Shown: positions 57,366 to 64,000 of the stretch, piece by piece
Position numbering within the stretch: the first letter of the stretch is position 1
Layout: the number at the start of each line of letters is the position of its first letter
From: an uncultured delta proteobacterium
GTDB taxonomy: Bacteria; Myxococcota_A; Polyangia; Palsa-1104
Direction: 5' to 3'
Assembly (NCBI GenBank): GCA_963785725.1
Contig: CAWAWS010000009.1
Coordinates: 32,001-96,000 of the forward strand
Length of the DNA: 64,000 bases
Made by a program: the position numbers and the translations under genes
The notes under the pieces: generated by a model
The model's database searches: none
Told to the model about the DNA's origin: nothing
Seen by the model: the letters and a program-made list of their open reading frames with translations, nothing else

Positions 57366-59170
57366 CCCGTCGCTGAATCGGTCGCGGTCGCCGGCGCGCA
57401 CGGCAGCGCGACCGTGAAGACGGCGCCGGGCGGGCCGGCGACGCGGATGTCGCCGCCGTGGTCGCGCACGATGCGGTGGACGATGGCGAGGCCGAGGCCG
57501 GTGCCTTTGGTTTTCGTCGTGAAATAGGGTGTGAACAGCTTGGCGCGGGCTTCGTCGCTGAGGCCGGGGCCGTCGTCGGCGACCTCGAGCTCGATGCGAC
57601 CGTCGACGGCGCGGGTGCGCACGCGGATGCGCCCGACGACCTCGGCACGACTGTCGGATTCGGCGCGACCGTCGCCGTCGCTGCGATTGTCGGACGGGGC
57701 GCGGTCGGCGGACTGGGCGCGACTGTCGGCTTCGGCCCGAGCGGCAGCGAGCGCGTCGCGGGCGTTTTCCACGAGGTTGATGACGACCTGCGTGAGCTGC
57801 TCTTTGTCGGCGAGCGCGAGCGGCAAATCCGCCGCCAAGTCGAGATCGAGCGGTGTCTCGCCGCCCTTGTAGAGCGCCAGCGCGTTGTCGACAATCTCGC
57901 TGACGTCGACGGCCGCCAAGGTCGGCTGCGGCATGCGCGCGAACGACGAAAACTCCGCCACGATCCGCTTGAGCCGCCCCACTTCGTCGAGGATGGTCTG
58001 CGCCGACTCGCCGAACAGCGCGTCGAACTGCGGCGCCCCTTTGCGATGGGCGCGCTGCAGCGTCTCGATCGCCATCTGGATCGGCGTCAGCGGATTCTTG
58101 ATTTCATGCGCGATGCGCTGCGCGATGTCGCGCCACGCGGCCACGCGTTCGGCGCGCACCAGCTCCTCGCGCGCGCCGGCCAAATCGCGCGTCATGTCGT
58201 TGAAGGTGGCGGCGAGCTCGCCCACCTCGTCGCGCGTGCGCACCGGGACCGACGCGTCGAGGCGGCCGCGCGCGACGTCGCGCGCACCGGCCGACAGCTC
58301 GCGCAGCGGCTCGGCGATGCGCCGCGCCACGAAGGCGCCACCGAGCAGCGCCAAGAACGCGCCGGCGACGGCGAGCGCGGCCGCGGCCCAGCCGATGTCG
58401 GCGAGCGCGACGGCCAGCTCGTCGTTCGACACGGCGACCTCGACGCGCGCCACGGTCGTGCCGTCGGGGCCGGCGAGCTCGACCGTGCGCCGCGGCCAGC
58501 GTCGCGGCGGTGCCGGCGCGTGCGCGGCGACGAGCGTGCCGTCGGCCGCGTACAGCCGCGCGGCGGGCCGCAAGCGGTTGACGAAGTCCTCGCCCAAGAT
58601 GCGCCCACCGACGACGACGACGCTGGGCGTCTTGTCGCCGAAGCGGCCGTGCACCGAGCGCGTCGCTTCGAGCGCCAACACGGTGCGGGCGCGACCGCCT
58701 TCGAAGATTTCGTCGCGCACGAGCCGGGCTTGGCCGCGGGCGCGACGGGCCGCGGCGAGCGCGTCGGGGTCGCTGTCGCCGACGCGCCCTTCGAAGTGCC
58801 CAGCCGCCAAGACTTCGCCGCGATCGTCGACAACTTCGAGCACATCGAGGCCGAGGCCGTGCATCGCCGCCGCGGCACGCGCCTTGACCGCGCGCGCCGC
58901 GTCGTCGTCGAGCGGACCGCGCGCCAGCTCGAGCAGCACGGGCTCGATGAGCCAATCGTCGGGACGGGCGAGCCGCTCGGTCGCGCGCTCGACGTCATCG
59001 GCCAGCCGCTGATACTCGGCGCGCACCTGCTCGGCGGCGTCGTCGAGCGAGGCGCGATATTCGCCGCGATAGCGGTCGGCCACGACGACGCGCGCCACCG
59101 CCGCCACCGATACGATCGGCAACAGCGCCACGGCGGCAAACGCCACGGTCAGCTTGGTCTGAAGGCGCAC
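57362..59170 (-). CDS. HAMP-domain sensor histidine kinase (NtrY-like)
   Basis: Two TMs, HAMP, AHEIKNPLTPI, NLVENARDA, DDGPG, FTPYFTTK, GTGLGL; GTG start at 59170. Confidence 0.92.
   Translation of the reverse strand: MRLQTKLTVAFAAVALLPIVSVAAVARVVVADRYRGEYRASLDDAAEQVRAEYQRLADDVERATERLARPDDWLIEPVLLELARGPLDDDAARAVKARAAAAMHGLGLDVLEVVDDRGEVLAAGHFEGRVGDSDPDALAAARRARGQARLVRDEIFEGGRARTVLALEATRSVHGRFGDKTPSVVVVGGRILGEDFVNRLRPAARLYAADGTLVAAHAPAPPRRWPRRTVELAGPDGTTVARVEVAVSNDELAVALADIGWAAAALAVAGAFLALLGGAFVARRIAEPLRELSAGARDVARGRLDASVPVRTRDEVGELAATFNDMTRDLAGAREELVRAERVAAWRDIAQRIAHEIKNPLTPIQMAIETLQRAHRKGAPQFDALFGESAQTILDEVGRLKRIVAEFSSFARMPQPTLAAVDVSEIVDNALALYKGGETPLDLDLAADLPLALADKEQLTQVVINLVENARDALAAARAEADSRAQSADRAPSDNRSDGDGRAESDSRAEVVGRIRVRTRAVDGRIELEVADDGPGLSDEARAKLFTPYFTTKTKGTGLGLAIVHRIVRDHGGDIRVAGPPGAVFTVALPCAPATATDSATG
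57647..57736 (-). repeat. Five degenerate 18-bp units inside the kinase HATPase domain
   Basis: Encodes AEADSR AQSADR APSDNR SDGDGR AESDSR. Confidence 0.7.
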
Positions 59171-59253
59171 GCCGCATCGTACTACGCGCGCGGGCGCCGC
59201 ATCTTCCGCAAGGGAGCGGAGCGCAGGCAACTTTTCCGGCGCGTGGCCGATAA

Positions 59254-60027
59254 TCAGAAGCTGAACGACAACGTCGACTTCAGCTCCGAATCGACCGGCC
59301 GAATACCGACCGGCGGCTGCGTATCGAGCGTCAACGTCAAGCTGAAGCGCACCGCGACATGCTTCGTGACCGTCAGCGACAACGACGAATCCGACAGCAT
59401 GCGCACGTCGTGAAAGTCGTCGAAGCGCGGCTGCGCATAAATCGTGTGCGCCACCATGATCTTGCCCTGCGACACCGCGATCACGGCATACGTCGACAGC
59501 CGATGCGCCAGCGACTGCGCCCGCGAATCGGGAAACAGCCCAGCCGACAGCCGCTCGTAGTCGGGCATGTAGGCGCCCGCCACCGCCAGCGTCACGTGCT
59601 TGCCCTCGACCAGCCGCAGCCGCGCGCCGACTCCCGCCACCGCGCGCACCGCCAGGCGACGAAACGCGTCGGCGTCGTGCTGCACGAAGGCCTCGAAGTC
59701 GATGGCCCGCGACAGCCGATAGCGATAGCGCGCGTGCTCCAGATCCTTCGAGACCAGCTCGTTCGTGCCCTGCAATCCGTATTCGCCGTGGACGTCGATG
59801 AACACGAGATGGCGCCGCTTGCGATACTGCACGATGCCGTTGCCGGTGAGCATGAGGATGTTGGTGTTGCCGCTGCGCCAATCGGCGGCCCCTTCGAGCG
59901 CGCCCGAGAAGCCGTCGCGGCTCTGCTTGTCGAGGAGCGGCTGCACGTTGAAGATCTGCGCCTCGGCGAGCGACGAGAAGACGAGCGGCCCAGCGACGAC
60001 GATGAGGACGACGACGGCGCGGCTCAC
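59254..60027 (-). CDS. DUF481-like outer-membrane beta-barrel protein
   Basis: Signal peptide then QIFNV..L; RSGNT, HARYRY, EAFVQ..DAF, YAQPRFDDFHDVR; C-terminal Phe; GTG overlaps the upstream stop. Confidence 0.7.
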   Translation of the reverse strand: MSRAVVVLIVVAGPLVFSSLAEAQIFNVQPLLDKQSRDGFSGALEGAADWRSGNTNILMLTGNGIVQYRKRRHLVFIDVHGEYGLQGTNELVSKDLEHARYRYRLSRAIDFEAFVQHDADAFRRLAVRAVAGVGARLRLVEGKHVTLAVAGAYMPDYERLSAGLFPDSRAQSLAHRLSTYAVIAVSQGKIMVAHTIYAQPRFDDFHDVRMLSDSSLSLTVTKHVAVRFSLTLTLDTQPPVGIRPVDSELKSTLSFSF

Positions 60028-61493
60028 CGCGCCAGCCAGTGCACGTCGGCCCAATCGACGCGACCGGCGCCATCGACGCGCAGGTCGCGCAATTCCGGCG
60101 CCGCTTGCACGCGGGCGGCGCGGTGGAACAGCGGCACGACGCGGGTCGCCTCGAGGTCGACGGCCGTGCCATGCGCCAACGCGGCGCGCGCCGCCGCCGG
60201 ATCGACCGCAGCCACGAGCGCCAACGCCGCCAGCGTGCCGTCGGGCGCCGGCGGCACGGCGGCGCCGAGGACCAGCTCGTAGCGGCCGCCGTCGACGCGC
60301 GCGCGATAGGTCGCGGCGTCGGAGGCGTCGATGCTGACGTCGATGCCGGCGCGCGCGAGGTCGGCCAAGATACGCTCGGCGACGTCGCGATCGTCGAAGC
60401 GCGAGGCGTCGACGAGCAGGCTGAGCTTGGGGCGCGCGCCCGGCCAGCGGCGCTCGACTTCGCTGCGCGCGCGCGCCGGGTCGTACGCGGCCCGCTCGGT
60501 CGCGCCACCGAGCGCCGGCGGCACGGCGCCCGACGCCACCTGCGCCGGCTCGCGAACCGTCAGTCGCCGTAAGCGTTCGCGGTTGAGCGCCAGCGCCAAG
60601 ATGCGCCGCACGAGCGCGAAGTCGGGGATGTGACCGACGGCGATGAAGCCGGTGATCGTCTGCGGCCCATCGACGGCGACCGCGGCGTGATGCGCGCTCG
60701 CCTGATCGATCGCCGCCGCGGCCAGGTGACGCATGGCCTGCGACGAGCCCACCTCGAAGCTGCCGGCTTCGTCGCCGCGCGTCGGCCAGGCGCGCAGCAC
60801 GAGCGACGCGAGATAAGGCCGGCCGCTGCTGCAGCTCGCGCTCGCGGCCAGTCGCACGCTTTGGCCATCGAACGCCTCGACCACGAACGGGCCCGAGCCG
60901 ATGGGTCGCTTCGCCGAGACCATGCCATTGGGCGTAATCATGGCCGCGGGCGTCGACAAGAGGAGGGCCAGCTCGGGCGTCGGCCGCGTCAGCTCGAGCT
61001 CGATGGTCTCGTCCCCGGCGACGCGGGCGGCGCGGATGGGCCCGAGCGACCAGCCGGCCGGGTCGCGCAGCGCGCGCGTCAAGGAGGCGGCGACGTCGCG
61101 CGCGGTCAGGGCGCTGCCGTCGGAGAAGCGCAGCTCCGGCCGCACGGTGAGACGCGCGCGCAGGCTGCCGGCCGGGTTGTCGAGCGCCAGCGCCAGCGAC
61201 GGTTTCGGCTTGCCGGCGGCATCGATCGTGAACGGCGTGTCGTAGACGAGCGCGGCCACCTCGGCGTCGCCGGGACCGCCGCGCAGCGGATCGAACGTCG
61301 TCGGCGCCGACGCCAGCGCCGCCTGCACGGTGCCGCCGTAGAGCGCACGCGTCTCGGCGACGGCCGGCACCGGCGACGCCAGCGCCGCGAGCAGCGCCAA
61401 CGCCGCGCCGGGCGCCCACGCGCGCCACGGCCACGGCGCCGCGGCTGCCGACACCTTCCGTCGCGCGAGCGCCGGCGTCAGTTGACGATCCAT
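60024..61493 (-). CDS. Family 5 (peptide/nickel-type) solute-binding protein, orphan
   Basis: YGG..., TFDP, LVYDT, FSDGSALTARDVAASL, GSGPF; alternative GTG start at 61454. Confidence 0.8.
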   Translation of the reverse strand: MDRQLTPALARRKVSAAAAPWPWRAWAPGAALALLAALASPVPAVAETRALYGGTVQAALASAPTTFDPLRGGPGDAEVAALVYDTPFTIDAAGKPKPSLALALDNPAGSLRARLTVRPELRFSDGSALTARDVAASLTRALRDPAGWSLGPIRAARVAGDETIELELTRPTPELALLLSTPAAMITPNGMVSAKRPIGSGPFVVEAFDGQSVRLAASASCSSGRPYLASLVLRAWPTRGDEAGSFEVGSSQAMRHLAAAAIDQASAHHAAVAVDGPQTITGFIAVGHIPDFALVRRILALALNRERLRRLTVREPAQVASGAVPPALGGATERAAYDPARARSEVERRWPGARPKLSLLVDASRFDDRDVAERILADLARAGIDVSIDASDAATYRARVDGGRYELVLGAAVPPAPDGTLAALALVAAVDPAAARAALAHGTAVDLEATRVVPLFHRAARVQAAPELRDLRVDGAGRVDWADVHWLAR

Positions 61494-62797
61494 AGCTCCG
61501 TCTTACCCGCGGCGCGGTCGCGCACGGCGGCGATGAGCTCGGCGCGACCGTCGCCGTCGATGTCGCCGGCGGCGAGCGCGCGCACCCCGCCCGGCAGCCG
61601 ATCGACGCGATGAACGACCGGCAGCCCGGCCGTCAGCGCGCGAATGACGATGGCATCGGCCTCGCCCGGCTGCACCGGCTCCGTCGTCACCAACATTTCG
61701 CCGCGATCGAGCAGCGCCAGCGCCAGCTGCGCGCCGACGCCGTGCACGGTCAACGGCGCCACCGGCAACGACGCCGGCGACGGCGAGGCCACGGGCGCCG
61801 CCAGCTGCACCGACAACGTGCCGGCGGCGTCGATGACGGCGCGCGCGGCGTGCCCGCTGCCGCGTGAGCCGGCGACGCTCCAGAAGCGCTCGGGCAGGCC
61901 GGCGGCGCCGGCGCCGGGCGCACACGCGGTCGCGGCGAACCAGTCGACGCCGGCCACCAGCTCGCAGCGCGCGCCGATGCCCGGGAAGGCGAAGCCATGC
62001 GCGACGGTCTGCTGCTCGCCGGCGCGGCGCACGCCGTCGGCGAACGGCGACGCGTGGGCGACGATGACGCCATCCTCGACGACGACGGTGGCGACGTCGG
62101 CGCGCGGGCGCTGCGCGGCCGGTCGCGCGCCGATGGCGAAGCGGCGCCGTTCGGCGAGCTTGGCGCCGTCCCACGCCCAGACGACGACTTCGGCGGCAGT
62201 GGCGCCGACGACCTCGGCGCGACCATCGCCGTCGACGTCGCCGACATCGAGCGCCAGCACGTCGACGTCGCCGACCGGGATGCCGCGGGCTTGCCAGCGG
62301 CCGGGCGGCGCGGCGATCGCCGGCAGATAGGCGCGCAACTCGGCATCGAGCGGCGTCTCGACGTACACGTGCGAGCGCGTCTCGGCCGGCGGCGTCCACG
62401 GCGAGCCCGACAAGGCGACGAGCGCGCCCGTGCCGCGCAGGCGGCCGCCGGCGACGTCGAGGTCGAGCCGCACCAGCCGCTCGAAGCCGGCGGCGCGCGC
62501 CCAGGCTTCGTCGCCGGCGCCACGCGCGACCGAGCGCACGCCGGCCGAGCGCAGCCGCGCGACCAGCAGCGCCGCCAAGTCGTCGCCGAGGCGCGGCCAG
62601 GCGCCGCCGATGACGACCGCGACGTCGAGATCGGCCGCGCCGCCGAGCTGCGGACGCAAGAGGTCGACGATGGCGTCGGCGAAGGTGTCGAGCGAGCCGC
62701 GCGTCACCGAGGCCGGGCGCGGCGCCGCGCCTGACGTCGACGGCGGCGAGCCGACGGCGAGCGCGACCAGCGTCAGCGGCAGGAGTCGGCGTAGCAC
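61478..62797 (-). CDS. Secreted FG-GAP/VCBS-repeat protein
   Basis: Signal peptide; VGDVDGDGRAEV and AGDIDGDGRAEL. Confidence 0.75.
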   Translation of the reverse strand: MLRRLLPLTLVALAVGSPPSTSGAAPRPASVTRGSLDTFADAIVDLLRPQLGGAADLDVAVVIGGAWPRLGDDLAALLVARLRSAGVRSVARGAGDEAWARAAGFERLVRLDLDVAGGRLRGTGALVALSGSPWTPPAETRSHVYVETPLDAELRAYLPAIAAPPGRWQARGIPVGDVDVLALDVGDVDGDGRAEVVGATAAEVVVWAWDGAKLAERRRFAIGARPAAQRPRADVATVVVEDGVIVAHASPFADGVRRAGEQQTVAHGFAFPGIGARCELVAGVDWFAATACAPGAGAAGLPERFWSVAGSRGSGHAARAVIDAAGTLSVQLAAPVASPSPASLPVAPLTVHGVGAQLALALLDRGEMLVTTEPVQPGEADAIVIRALTAGLPVVHRVDRLPGGVRALAAGDIDGDGRAELIAAVRDRAAGKTELWIVN

Positions 62798-62999
62798 CGC
62801 CGCATCATACGCAGAATCGCCCGCCGATCACGCGCACCCGGCCGCAAAATTCTCACCCGCGCGCGCAAATTCATCAGCACCGCCGGCCACGCGACGTCGA
62901 CTTGGCGTCACCGATGCGCGTTCGCTCGCGGCCGTGACTGATGCGGGTGCGATCGCGGCTGGCGACGTCGGCTCATGCGGCCGCCGGGCGTCGCGGCGG

Positions 63000-63416
63000 T
63001 CAGGCGGTGACGTCGCGGCGGGGCAAGAGGCTGCGCATGACCGCGCGCGCCTGTCGCAGCGGCCAAAAAGCCATGTGAACCGCCATGCCGACGATCTTGC
63101 GCGCGTCGTCGAGCAGGTAGCGCGGCGGCTCCTCGTGCGACGTCGTCGACACCTGGCGCCGCGGCTCGTCGACCTCCGGCAAGGGCGCGCTCTTGGCCCG
63201 CGGCACGGCCTTGCGCAGCCCGCGCGGCGGCTCGGCGACATGCTGCTCGGGCGGCGCATGGCCCATCAGGTTGTCGCGCCCCGCTCGCTCTGCGAACCGC
63301 GCCGCCTGCCGAGCCAGCGCTTGCTTGCTGCGGGCCGCCTTGACGTCCTCGCCTCGATTGTCCTCGCGCTGACGAACCCTCGCTGGAACTTGATGACCAT
63401 TGCCGCGCTTGCTCAT
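63000..63416 (-). CDS. Small basic hypothetical protein
   Basis: Open frame with GC-rich third positions and an amphipathic C-terminal helix; start uncertain. Confidence 0.45.
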   Translation of the reverse strand: MSKRGNGHQVPARVRQREDNRGEDVKAARSKQALARQAARFAERAGRDNLMGHAPPEQHVAEPPRGLRKAVPRAKSAPLPEVDEPRRQVSTTSHEEPPRYLLDDARKIVGMAVHMAFWPLRQARAVMRSLLPRRDVTA

Positions 63417-63468
63417 GGTCATGATCGAAGCAAGCTTCGTACCGCAACGGTAAAGGTATACTCGTTCA

Positions 63469-63912
63469 GTGTCTCGCCGGCCGCTGCACCCGACGCTGGT
63501 GCATTTTCCCTTCCTGCTGTGGGGCATGAGCTTCGTGTTCGACGTCGTGTCGTTGTGGCGTGGGCCGACGATGGTGGAGGCGGCGCTGTTCAACCTCATC
63601 GCCGGCTTGGCCGCGGCCGTGGCGGCGGCTGTCACCGGCTTGTGGGACTACCTCAACCAGCTGCAGCCGCGATCGCCGGCCCGCCGCACCGCGCGCTGGC
63701 ACGCGCTGACGAACGGCTGCGCGACGGTGCTCTTCGTCGCCAGCTTGCTGACGCGCTGGTCGACGCGCGGCGCGACGACGGCGACGCCCGAAGTTCCGTT
63801 CGTGCTCTCGGGTCTGGGTTTAGCGCTCTTGGGTGTCGGGATGTATCTCGGCGGCGTCGTGGCCTATCAGCGCAACCTCACCAAGCCCCCGCAATCTCCA
63901 GACGCGCATTGA
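63469..63912 (+). CDS. DUF2231 family membrane protein
   Basis: PLHPTLVHFP, AAVTGLWD, WHALTN, YLGGVVAY. Confidence 0.85.
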   Translation: MSRRPLHPTLVHFPFLLWGMSFVFDVVSLWRGPTMVEAALFNLIAGLAAAVAAAVTGLWDYLNQLQPRSPARRTARWHALTNGCATVLFVASLLTRWSTRGATTATPEVPFVLSGLGLALLGVGMYLGGVVAYQRNLTKPPQSPDAH

Positions 63913-64000
63913 CGACGCTGTCGACGACGCGCGGCTGCGCGTGGCCGATGCGCGCGAGGAAGACGGCGCAGGCTTCGGCGACGATGACACCCAGCTCGCG
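63878..64000 (-). CDS. Possible C-terminal end of a gene entering from beyond the window
   Basis: Open minus frame RELGVIVAEACAVFLARIG...AGAW* with typical codon usage; only 40 codons visible. Confidence 0.3.
   Translation of the reverse strand, partial: RELGVIVAEACAVFLARIGHAQPRVVDSVVNARLEIAGAW

Noticed and set aside
57362..61434. 1048-aa kinase and 726-aa barrel as given in the ORF track
   Set aside because: Their N-terminal extensions are off-frame reads of upstream genes; starts at 59170 and 60027 fit TM and signal peptides.

Overview
High-GC (~65-70%) window from a myxobacterium (Myxococcota; Polyangia-like by the style of the gliding proteins, which is an inference). The core is a ~23 kb minus-strand Glt gliding-motility cluster: gltC-gltD-gltE-gltF-gltG, a TPR lipoprotein and a ~4,000-aa gltI/agmK, followed by DUF3109 and hydantoinase A genes. 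Around it are housekeeping genes (Bacillus-type sdhCAB, rpsU, prmA, rsmE, thrC, ffh, a Cys/Met PLP lyase, an orphan ParA), comEC, a FrgA-like MshEN/HEAT protein, an MXAN_5187-family receptor and an FG-GAP / solute-binding protein / DUF481 / histidine kinase module. About 35 small indels break sdhA, sdhB, gltC/D/E/G/I, thrC and ffh; they are almost certainly consensus errors, not pseudogenes. Signals the gene list does not explain: a TANNNT hexamer 5-7 nt before at least nine start codons (leaderless mRNAs), a ~90-bp dispersed intergenic repeat in two copies, a 43%-GC codon island with a palindrome inside gltI, an extra two-helix membrane insert in GltG, and an insert in the Ffh M domain. No rRNA, tRNA, CRISPR array or transposase was recognised. 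Family names come from motif recognition, not database searches.
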